Below, one piece after another: positions 38,802 to 46,321 of a DNA stretch of 64,000 bases (position 1 is the stretch's first letter; the number at the start of each line of letters is the position of its first letter). The stretch comes from an uncultured Clostridia bacterium (GTDB lineage Bacteria > Bacillota > Clostridia > Christensenellales > UBA1242): positions 19,007 to 83,006 of the forward strand of contig CALWPG010000002.1 of NCBI GenBank assembly GCA_944383375.1, read 5' to 3'. A model generated the notes under the pieces. The model was given only the letters and a program-made list of their open reading frames with translations. It made no database searches and had not been told where the DNA came from. A program made the translations under genes and the position numbers.

Positions 38802-40268
38802 ATGCCGGCAGGTACAATAATCTTAATTGTAGGCTATGCAATAAACCTATTGCTTTTGCTATTGATGATTTTTGTTGAGCGAAAACAGCCCCAAAGCATA
38901 TTCGCTTGGTTTGCTATTTTGGCAGTTTTTCCCATTGGTGGTTTCATTTTATACATTCTTTTTGGTGGTGGCTTGAGTATAAGAACAAGAGTATACATAC
39001 GACGAAAAAGAAGATACACACAGGACTATCTGCAATTTGTGTCTTGGCAGCATATCAATTTTGACAAGCTTCGTGCGAAAAATGAAAAATATGATTATGC
39101 CTTTAAACTTATCAAGTTTGTTAAATCCAACGATAATAATGTATTCTCAACAGGGAACAAGGTCGAGGTTTTCACAAATGGAATTGACAAACTTGAAAGT
39201 TTAAAAAGAGATTTACTCGCCGCAAAACGTAGTATCAATATTGAGTACTATATTTTTGATGATGACAAAACAGGCAAAGAGATTATGGAAATCCTTTGCC
39301 AAAAGGCCAGAAGTGGAGTCAAAGTCAAACTTGTCTATGACAGTGTCGGCTCGCTAAAAGCGCCACGTAGATTTTTTAAAAAATTGAAGAAAGCAGGCGG
39401 TCAGGTGGCAGAGTTTTTTCCACCTTTTATGGGAATCAGACTTATAAATTTCAAAATTAATTATAGAAATCATAGAAAAATTGTAGTAATTGATGGCAAA
39501 ATTGGTTACACTGGTGGAATAAATCTTCGCGATGACCATATGGGTAAGAAAAAGAGGCTTTCACCTTGGAGAGATACCCACATACGAGTGCAAGGCCCCG
39601 TTGTATGGGATCTTCAAAACATTTTTTTCAATGATTTTAGGTGTGCAAAAAGAGAAAAATTAAACGCAAAACAATTGGTCAAAGAAGGATATTTTTTGGA
39701 GCAATCTTTGTCCGATGTTGGTGATGTCGGGGCACAGGTGATCACCAGTGGGCCTGAAAGCACTCAAAGATACATTGAAGATGCGTATATCAGGATGATT
39801 TCGTTTGCACAAAAGAGGATTTATCTTCAAACACCATATTTCATTCCGGATGAAATGTTTTTAAAGTCACTAATAATAGCAAAAAAGTCCGGCGTCGATG
39901 TGAAGGTGATGATTCCGGCGAAGCCTGATAAGCGTACCGTATATTATGTTACATTGTCATTTGTGAAAGAGCTTTTAGAAGCAGATATAGAGGTGTATTT
40001 ATACAACGGCTTTTTGCATTCAAAAACATTGCTTGTGGATGATTTATGTGTATCTATTGGAACTTGTAATGCAGATAATCGTTCTTTTGCACTTAATTTT
40101 GAACTCACAACACTTTTATACGATAAAGATTTCGTAAATAAAAATGCGCAAATTTTTGAAGAAGATATGAAATCTAGCAAGTTCTTAACTCTTGCAGACT
40201 ACAATAGAAAATTTTTTGCAAGCAAGATGGTGCAGGCGATTTTCAGGCTCTTCTCGCCTTTGTTATAA
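38802..40268 (+). CDS. cls: Cardiolipin synthase
   Basis: Two N-terminal TM helices and two HKD motifs (NHRKIVVIDG, LHSKTLLVDD). AAGGAG SD. It starts 29 nt after the giant ORF with no intervening hairpin. Confidence 0.9.
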   Translation: MPAGTIILIVGYAINLLLLLLMIFVERKQPQSIFAWFAILAVFPIGGFILYILFGGGLSIRTRVYIRRKRRYTQDYLQFVSWQHINFDKLRAKNEKYDYAFKLIKFVKSNDNNVFSTGNKVEVFTNGIDKLESLKRDLLAAKRSINIEYYIFDDDKTGKEIMEILCQKARSGVKVKLVYDSVGSLKAPRRFFKKLKKAGGQVAEFFPPFMGIRLINFKINYRNHRKIVVIDGKIGYTGGINLRDDHMGKKKRLSPWRDTHIRVQGPVVWDLQNIFFNDFRCAKREKLNAKQLVKEGYFLEQSLSDVGDVGAQVITSGPESTQRYIEDAYIRMISFAQKRIYLQTPYFIPDEMFLKSLIIAKKSGVDVKVMIPAKPDKRTVYYVTLSFVKELLEADIEVYLYNGFLHSKTLLVDDLCVSIGTCNADNRSFALNFELTTLLYDKDFVNKNAQIFEEDMKSSKFLTLADYNRKFFASKMVQAIFRLFSPLL

Positions 40269-40279
40269 TAGGAGTAGTT

Positions 40280-40567
40280 ATGAAAAATATTTTTGCAAAA
40301 ATAATGAGTGTGGTACTATGTTTGTTTATAGTAGTTCTAATAGTGCTAAGTTTTGTCTTTTCGCCAGATAAATATGTATTAACAGGCGGAATTGTGGTGG
40401 CGTTGATGCTACTATTGGTTATTGTTTTTGCTGAAGTTTTTGATCATTTTAAGTTCGGTAAGATAATAGAACTTGAAAAAAACGTTAAAGTTAAGGATGA
40501 AGAACTAAATAATTCAAAAAAAGAAAACGAGGTTCTTAGAAATCAATTGTTAATGCTCTTTCAATAA
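40280..40567 (+). CDS. Small membrane protein (95 aa) with two TM helices and a short coiled-coil tail
   Basis: AGGAG SD. TM segments MSVVLCLFIVVLIVLSFVF and GGIVVALMLLLVIVFAEVF. C-terminus KVKDEELNNSKKENEVLRNQLL. Confidence 0.5.
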   Translation: MKNIFAKIMSVVLCLFIVVLIVLSFVFSPDKYVLTGGIVVALMLLLVIVFAEVFDHFKFGKIIELEKNVKVKDEELNNSKKENEVLRNQLLMLFQ

Positions 40568-40721
40568 CCAGTACAAACACAAATAACTTAATTGTGGGCA
40601 AGGAATTTGCAAATATATTTGCCGGAGTAAAATTAGCACAAAATGAAGATGCAGTGGATGGTGTAAACGTCGACCAAGAGAAAAATCAAACCACTGATGA
40701 CGCTAATGATGCTTTATCTAA

Positions 40722-41177
40722 ATGACTAAAAAACATGAAGCAAACAAGAAATTGGAAAAGTGTTTACTTGATAAGTACATACAAGAAAATCAATTTGATC
40801 AGACCTATTTCTTCCAACGCATAGAATTTAAAGAAAGATTTATAGGCATCGATCCAATCATGGATCTAAATGTGAGCTTTGACGGCTACTATAAAGATAA
40901 TAACATAGAGCAGTTCATCGAGGTGAAAATTTCTTCAAGCATCATGGACTATTATAGGATTTATTACCAATTGAATAAAGCGTATCTTTACAGAAAAACT
41001 GCAAATCCATACGCGCAGGTGGTTTTGCTTCTCCCTGCAATTGAGGATGACATAGAGAATTTAAACAAAACGAGACAATCGGCTGTTGAAAGATTAAAAA
41101 ATGTTTTCATGCCAGCTATAACCAGTGGCTTGTTGGTAATTAAAAATATAAAAGTAACAAACGAAGATATGAAATAA
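40722..41177 (+). CDS. Hypothetical 151-aa protein, possible PD-(D/E)xK nuclease-like core
   Basis: Clean ORF with no SD. Its ATG overlaps (ATGA) the stop of an open frame covering 40570-40725. VSFDGYY ... EQFIEVKIS gives a D-x13-E-V-K spacing reminiscent of PD-(D/E)xK. This is motif-level only. Confidence 0.45.
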   Translation: MTKKHEANKKLEKCLLDKYIQENQFDQTYFFQRIEFKERFIGIDPIMDLNVSFDGYYKDNNIEQFIEVKISSSIMDYYRIYYQLNKAYLYRKTANPYAQVVLLLPAIEDDIENLNKTRQSAVERLKNVFMPAITSGLLVIKNIKVTNEDMK

Positions 41178-41208
41178 AAAATATCCACGGCAAAATGGAT
41201 ATTTTTTT

Positions 41209-41209
<1 letters not shown>
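41176..41209. terminator. Bidirectional hairpin terminator (after the 151-aa gene and tRNA-Arg)
   Basis: AAAAA-ATATCCA-CGGCAAA-TGGATAT-TTTTTTTT: a 7-bp stem at 41181-41201 with flanking A and T runs. Confidence 0.55.
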
Positions 41210-41285
<76 letters not shown>

Positions 41286-41297
41286 ACGACCATGATT

Positions 41298-41326
41298 ATA
41301 TTATCACAATTTGCAAACATTTGCAA
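41298..41326 (-). promoter_or_regulatory. Promoter for tRNA-Arg
   Basis: On the minus strand: TTGCAA (41326-41321), a 17-nt spacer, then TGaTAATAT (-10 at 41303-41298), about 12 nt upstream of the tRNA 5' end. Confidence 0.45.
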
Positions 41327-41395
41327 TTTAAAAATAAAAAATGCTGGAGATTTATATTTATAGTTTCGTTTTTAGAAGTTAAAATGCTTTCGCAC

Positions 41396-41427
41396 AAAAA
41401 AACCTCTTGGGACTCCAAGAGGTTTTT
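41396..41427 (-). terminator. Intrinsic terminator directly after tRNA-Asn
   Basis: AACCTCTTGG-GACT-CCAAGAGGTT: a 10-bp perfect stem (41401-41424). On the minus strand it is followed by a T7 run. Confidence 0.7.
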
Positions 41428-41502
41428 TGGCGCCACGTGTCTGGCTCGAACAGACGACCTACCGGTTAACAGCCGGTTGCTCTACCACTGAGCTAACGAG
41501 GC
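41428..41502 (-). tRNA. tRNA-Asn (anticodon GTT)
   Basis: The reverse complement is GCCTCGTTAGCTCAGTGGTAGAGCAACCGGCTGTTAACCGGTAGGTCGTCTGTTCGAGCCAGACACGTGGCGCCA. It has the anticodon loop CT-GTT-AA, discriminator G and an encoded CCA. The acceptor stem has one U4.U69 mismatch. Confidence 0.9.
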
Positions 41503-41523
41503 ATAATTTCAAAAAGCAATATA

Positions 41524-41552
41524 ATCATAGCAAAATAGGTTTGTTATGTCAA
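41524..41552 (-). promoter_or_regulatory. Promoter for tRNA-Asn
   Basis: On the minus strand: TTGACA (41552-41547), a 17-nt spacer, then TGcTATGAT (-10 at 41529-41524). Confidence 0.6.
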
Positions 41553-41566
41553 CAGTTTTTTAAATG

Positions 41567-42040
41567 TTAATTTAAAATTTTTAAGAACCTGATGTTTGTA
41601 AAAAAATAATCTTTGAGTCGCTTGTTTAAGACGTCGTTTGTGTGGCAGGTGACATAAATATTTTCAAGCGAAGGTGTGCCATCTATCTTGGTTATTATAA
41701 CGCAATGGTTAAAAACCGGTTTGCGCTGGCAAAGTTGGATAATATCTCCGATTTCAAGGTTATCAATTGTGGTAAGTTGTGCTTTGACTCCAACATTTTT
41801 ATGATTGGAAGTTGAATATGTGAAAAACTGCTCAACCCCTGTGAAGGCAGGTGAGCGATAATTTAAATTTTTATAAAACCAGCCAAGGTATGAAATATCC
41901 ATTTCAATAAGGCCAAAGTTTAAACACTGAGAAACGAAATTGGTACAATCGCCACCTAAATTGTCAAAATTATAGAACTTGGGATTTCTTGAGTTCCACC
42001 ATTTTTGAGCATATTCAACTGCCAATTTTCTGTCATACAT
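41567..42040 (-). CDS. Putative amidase-domain protein (Amidase_6 / NlpC-P60-like cysteine peptidase fold)
   Basis: YDRKLAVEYAQKWWNSRNPKFYNF...GGDCTNFVSQCL is the typical N-terminal signature of this family, with the catalytic Cys in the DCTNFVSQC context. Confidence 0.7.
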   Translation of the reverse strand: MYDRKLAVEYAQKWWNSRNPKFYNFDNLGGDCTNFVSQCLNFGLIEMDISYLGWFYKNLNYRSPAFTGVEQFFTYSTSNHKNVGVKAQLTTIDNLEIGDIIQLCQRKPVFNHCVIITKIDGTPSLENIYVTCHTNDVLNKRLKDYFFTNIRFLKILN

Positions 42041-42056
42041 ATAGCTTTATATGCAT

Positions 42057-42446
42057 CTAAAAGATATTTTGCCAACTTGTACCCATGATTTTATGGTAGT
42101 CGTCTGCAAGGTGATATATCACTCTTAAGCTGGCTGTAAAGTCCTCATATTGATTTACCTCGATGTTTCCTTCAAGTTTTTGAATTTCTATGCAAAGGTC
42201 ACGCATATCCTTATGATTTGCAAAGATACATAATATCTCTTCATGATGTATCCAGGTCTCTTTAAGAGTTGCAACTTTTTCTCTTATTTCATCTGTCTGT
42301 ATGTTTTCTGTACCAGTGGATATTGTAATTAATTCTTCGGTCATATCTTGAATTTCATTGAGGTAATTATTGATAGTTATCTGTTCAAAAATCACTGCTC
42401 CCAAAAGTATCAAAACGACAATTATAATTGTTATAAGTTTTTTCAT
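42057..42446 (-). CDS. DUF4363-family protein
   Basis: I prefer the ATG at 42446 (MKKLITIIIVVLILLGAVIF signal-anchor). The track's start at 42527 overlaps the upstream gene. It is helical, carries the W..HEE...F.NH.D motif, and has the usual partner position downstream of a DUF421 gene. Confidence 0.6.
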   Translation of the reverse strand: MKKLITIIIVVLILLGAVIFEQITINNYLNEIQDMTEELITISTGTENIQTDEIREKVATLKETWIHHEEILCIFANHKDMRDLCIEIQKLEGNIEVNQYEDFTASLRVIYHLADDYHKIMGTSWQNIF

Positions 42447-42450
42447 TTCT

Positions 42451-43155
42451 TCACCCTTTAAGGTTAGTATCCATACTCTGTGCTCTTTTATGCATCTCCT
42501 GAAAATACACTTTTCCATTGTTGTCAAGGGTTAAGATCAGTATATTTTTGATTTTAACATTAAGAGATGCTATGAAATCCATAACTTGTTTTTTCTCGAC
42601 TTTTATCTGTTCAAAATTGTCGTTGAGAAGTTTTCCCTCACTAACAATTGCGATTGGCACTGAATTTTCTTCACCTTCAATATTTAAATCTTGTCGAGTT
42701 ACCGGAGTGTTGTTTGCCTTTGGAAGTACACTTATCTTTCCATTTGTTTCCATTATTGCAAAGAGCACTTCATCAGGGCTGAAATATCCAGCTGATCGAA
42801 GTGACTCCATGATATCTTCAATTGAAAGGTTGAGCTTTTGGACGGCTTTGTAGTCTATACCATTTTGATTGATGACAATCACAGGTTTTCCACTAAATAC
42901 TTCGCTAAACTTAGGAAAATGTTTTGCAAGAATGGTTATTACATAGTGAATTACCAAAAGTGCCAAAAGAGGAACTATGCCATGAACGAGTGGGACACTC
43001 ATTTCTGCCATTGGTATAGTTGCGAGGTCAGCTAAAATAAGCGTCAAAACAAGTTCAAAAGGTTGCATTTGTCCAAGTTGTCTTTTCCCCATAAGTCTAA
43101 AGACGATTAAAACCACAAAATATATGATTAACGACCTTATGATTAATGTAAGCAT
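42451..43155 (-). CDS. DUF421 (YetF/YdfS-like) membrane protein
   Basis: N-terminus IIRSLIIYFVVLIVFRLMGKRQLGQMQPFELVLTLILADLA is the hallmark of the YetF/DUF421 family. Confidence 0.8.
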   Translation of the reverse strand: MLTLIIRSLIIYFVVLIVFRLMGKRQLGQMQPFELVLTLILADLATIPMAEMSVPLVHGIVPLLALLVIHYVITILAKHFPKFSEVFSGKPVIVINQNGIDYKAVQKLNLSIEDIMESLRSAGYFSPDEVLFAIMETNGKISVLPKANNTPVTRQDLNIEGEENSVPIAIVSEGKLLNDNFEQIKVEKKQVMDFIASLNVKIKNILILTLDNNGKVYFQEMHKRAQSMDTNLKG

Positions 43156-43183
43156 AGATTAATTATTGCATTATATTAATTTT

Positions 43184-44719
43184 TTAAACTTTCTTCTTGC
43201 GATGATGAATTTTGAGTGGATTGTTTTGTTTGAACCAGACCATGACGGCATGAAATTGGAAAATATTGAATACAAGACACAAAAGCACAAAGAATAGAAC
43301 TCCGAGTAAGCATGTTATTAACAAATTAAAAAACAATGGCATAAAAAGATTTAATAGGCTTCCAACAAAACTACATAGGGCTACCACAGGGATTGATATT
43401 GCAATAAACTTTAAAAAGTATTTACTTATTTTAAGCGATGGACACACTTGTTTTTTTATCATTCGGATATTGAGCAAGGCAGAGGTCGTAAAGCATCCAC
43501 CCATTGCCCATATAAGTGCATTTATTCCAACGTATTTAGGCAAGAACCAAATGCATGCCAGCATAATGATCGCTCCTAGGATATAGTTTTTAAAAGATTT
43601 CAGTTCAAGCCCCATTGCGTTTAAAATAGAGGATGATATATTTGTTAAACATAGTGGAATTATCGTCCATGCAGAGGCACTAAGAAGTATTCCACTTGTT
43701 GCATTGTCGAAAAAGAATATACCAATAAGTTCTCCCACACCCATAAAGATTGGTGCCACCAAAAAGGCAACAAACAAGGAAAACACGATAGATGTTGTAA
43801 CTCTTTGACTTATATATTTTTCATCGTTTTTTGCTGAGGCACTGGCAAGGTCAGGCACCAAGGCAAACGATAGAGAGGCAATTATGGTCATGGGGATATA
43901 AAGTAGTGGTAACGTCATTCCACTGGCAATACCATAAAGACTAAGCGCCTGAGCATTTGTGTAACCTGCAGCAACTAATCTTAAAGGAATAATGAGTGCA
44001 ACAACAGGTTGGATCAAACTTGATGCAACTCGCATAAAAGTGATTGGCGAACTCGTTTTTAAAATATCGATATATTGCTTTTTATCTGGTTTTGAAAATC
44101 TGCCACCAGTTTTAAAATACCAAATCGTGACAAATGTACATGAAAGCACACATGCGATTGTGAGTGATAATGCGGCACCTATTTCACCACTTATACCAGG
44201 GAATATCCCACACAACAAGATGAAGCATACGATGATACGCATAACCTGTTCAAATAGTTCTGAGGAGCAGCACGCAAGATAATTATTTTTACCCCAAAGA
44301 CTGCCTCTTATTGTGCTGTAAACACTTGAGAAGATGAGTGCTGGAAGCAATACCAAAAGCAGTATTATACAACTTTCATCTGCAAATATGTGGGAAATTG
44401 GGCCAGCGAAAATAACTACAATAACCGATACGACTGCACTGATTATTAGCGCTAAAATTAAGGCAGTAGTGACAGTTTTGCTTTCTGTTTTTTTATCTTT
44501 TGTTGCGCTGCATTTTGCTGTTATTCTTGAAACAATGAGTGGTATACCACTTGACACTAGTGTCAAAAGTACCATGAAAACAGAAAAACTGATCTGATAG
44601 ACACCAAGTGCCTCTGCTCCTATTGTGCGAGAGAGCCAAATTCGAAAAATAAAACCAAAAAGTCTTGTGAGTCCACTAAAGATGATGATTAAAAAAACTG
44701 TTTTGAATAGAGATTTCAT
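43184..44719 (-). CDS. MOP-superfamily flippase (SpoVB / MurJ-like polysaccharide or lipid II exporter)
   Basis: I prefer the ATG at 44719 (MKSLFKTVFLIIIFSGLTRLFGFIFRIWLSRTIGAEALGVYQ). The protein is about 511 aa and polytopic. The SpoVB-versus-MurJ assignment cannot be made by eye. Confidence 0.7.
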   Translation of the reverse strand: MKSLFKTVFLIIIFSGLTRLFGFIFRIWLSRTIGAEALGVYQISFSVFMVLLTLVSSGIPLIVSRITAKCSATKDKKTESKTVTTALILALIISAVVSVIVVIFAGPISHIFADESCIILLLVLLPALIFSSVYSTIRGSLWGKNNYLACCSSELFEQVMRIIVCFILLCGIFPGISGEIGAALSLTIACVLSCTFVTIWYFKTGGRFSKPDKKQYIDILKTSSPITFMRVASSLIQPVVALIIPLRLVAAGYTNAQALSLYGIASGMTLPLLYIPMTIIASLSFALVPDLASASAKNDEKYISQRVTTSIVFSLFVAFLVAPIFMGVGELIGIFFFDNATSGILLSASAWTIIPLCLTNISSSILNAMGLELKSFKNYILGAIIMLACIWFLPKYVGINALIWAMGGCFTTSALLNIRMIKKQVCPSLKISKYFLKFIAISIPVVALCSFVGSLLNLFMPLFFNLLITCLLGVLFFVLLCLVFNIFQFHAVMVWFKQNNPLKIHHRKKKV

Positions 44720-44749
44720 ATCATATCTTATTGTATGGAGGCAAAATTT

Positions 44750-45043
44750 ATGCAAATTACGACAAAATCTAATTTGATTTATAAAGTAAAAAATAAGGAT
44801 ACAATTCAAAGCATTTGTCGTATGTTTAAAGTTGACGCAAATTCTTTGAAAGCACTTAATAAAATAGTAGATGTACAGGAAAATGATGTAATTTTACTTC
44901 CCAAACCTTATGAACATATATATGTTGTAAAACCACTAGATACTTATGAAAAAATAGCACATGAGCTTGGAGTGAGTGAGGAAAAAATTATACAGGTTAC
45001 AAAAGGCAAAAAAATGTTTATAGGTCAGACTATTGTTTTTTAA
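44750..45043 (+). CDS. Small double-LysM-domain protein (98 aa), no signal peptide
   Basis: GGAGG SD at 44737-44741 points to the ATG at 44750. There are two LysM-like units: YKVKNKDTIQSICRMFKVDANSLKALN and YVVKPLDTYEKIAHELGVSEEKIIQV. Confidence 0.72.
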   Translation: MQITTKSNLIYKVKNKDTIQSICRMFKVDANSLKALNKIVDVQENDVILLPKPYEHIYVVKPLDTYEKIAHELGVSEEKIIQVTKGKKMFIGQTIVF

Positions 45044-45050
45044 AAATTAG

Positions 45051-45079
45051 TTGACTAAGTCAACAAATGAATATATAAT
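45051..45079 (+). promoter_or_regulatory. Consensus promoter giving a leaderless-type transcript for the next gene
   Basis: TTGACT (45051-45056), a 17-nt spacer, then TATAAT (45074-45079). The ATG lies at 45086, 7 nt after the -10. The -35 lies inside the perfect palindrome GTTGACT-A-AGTCAAC (45050-45064). Confidence 0.6.
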
Positions 45080-45085
45080 TAAAGT

Positions 45086-46243
45086 ATGATTAATATAATA
45101 GAAGTTAAAACAGCAAAACAAAGAAAACTTTTTGTTGATTTCCCAACAAAATTATACAAAGGCGTGAAGCAATATGTTCATCCACTAAGGTCTAGTGAAC
45201 TTGAACTTTTTAACCCAAAGAAAAATGTTTCATTTGAAGATTGTGAAGCCGTATATTTTTTGGCTTATAAAGACGGTGAGTTGGTTGGAAGAATCGCCGG
45301 AATAATTCAAAGGTTGTACAATAAAAAGGTGAATGAAAAACGTGTAAGATTTACTCGTTTTGATGCGATTAATGACAAAGAAGTTGCAAAAGCACTTTTT
45401 GATAGTGTAGAATCGTGGGCAAAACAAAAGGGCATGAACATAGTTCATGGACCAATGGGCTTTAACGATCTTGATCGCGAGGGTATGCTAATTGAAGGAT
45501 TTGATGAAATTGCAACTTTTGAAGAAGCATATAACTTTGACTATTATAAAGATTTGATGGAATACTGCGGATACGAAAAAGAAATTGATTGGATTGAATT
45601 CAATTTGACAATTCCAAAAGAAATTGATCCAAAAATAAATGCCGTTGCCGATGCTGTTATGAAAAAATACAACCTGAAAAATGCCGAAAAACATTCAAAA
45701 AGTGCATTCATTAGGCGATATCAAAAAGACATATTCCATTTACTTGATGAGGCTTATGGTCCACTTTATGGCGTTGTTCCTTACACCGATAAGGTTAGAA
45801 AGCAGGTTATAGATCAATTTAGGCTTTTTATAAGCCTAGACTTTATGAGTTTGATAGTTGACGAAAACGATGAAGTTGTTGCCTTTGGATTTGCAATTCC
45901 TTCACTCAGTGAAGTTATAAATAAGTATGAAGGAAGGCTAAATTTAAAAAGCATCTTCCCACTCCTCAACGCAATAAGACATCCTACAATGCTGGACCTT
46001 GCTCTTATAGCAGTTAAACCAAAATGGCAAGCACGTGGAGTTCCCGCACTCATCATGCGTGAAATGCTTGCAAGTTTTATAAGACGAGGCATAAAAACTT
46101 GTGAAACAAATTTGAATCTTGAAAATAACGTAAATATAATTCAACTTTGGAAACATTTTGAACATCGCGAACATAAACGTCGCAGATCTTGGATAAAACA
46201 CTTGGAAAATAAATCAAGCGAGGAGAATAAATCCGAGGATTAG
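45086..46243 (+). CDS. GNAT-related N-acetyltransferase-like protein (385 aa)
   Basis: N-terminus IIEVKTAKQRKLFVDFPTKLYKG...HPLRSSELELFNPKKN and ...FLAYKDGELVGRIAGI resemble a widespread family of ~380-aa proteins annotated as GNAT acetyltransferases. No SD is visible. Confidence 0.5.
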   Translation: MINIIEVKTAKQRKLFVDFPTKLYKGVKQYVHPLRSSELELFNPKKNVSFEDCEAVYFLAYKDGELVGRIAGIIQRLYNKKVNEKRVRFTRFDAINDKEVAKALFDSVESWAKQKGMNIVHGPMGFNDLDREGMLIEGFDEIATFEEAYNFDYYKDLMEYCGYEKEIDWIEFNLTIPKEIDPKINAVADAVMKKYNLKNAEKHSKSAFIRRYQKDIFHLLDEAYGPLYGVVPYTDKVRKQVIDQFRLFISLDFMSLIVDENDEVVAFGFAIPSLSEVINKYEGRLNLKSIFPLLNAIRHPTMLDLALIAVKPKWQARGVPALIMREMLASFIRRGIKTCETNLNLENNVNIIQLWKHFEHREHKRRRSWIKHLENKSSEENKSED

Positions 46244-46321
46244 AATAATAAAACAAAAAAAGCAATTACAAATAGTTTTTGCTTTTTTGTTTTTTTGGTA
46301 TACTCTAACTAGAGGTGTAAT

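Noticed and set aside
46244-46321. I expected a purine riboswitch upstream of the NCS2 purine permease and a T-box upstream of argS (52832-52919).
   Set aside because: Both intergenic regions are under 90 nt and mostly taken up by terminator and promoter signals. That is too short for a ~70-nt aptamer plus expression platform or a ~200-nt T-box, and no conserved riboswitch core motifs are visible.
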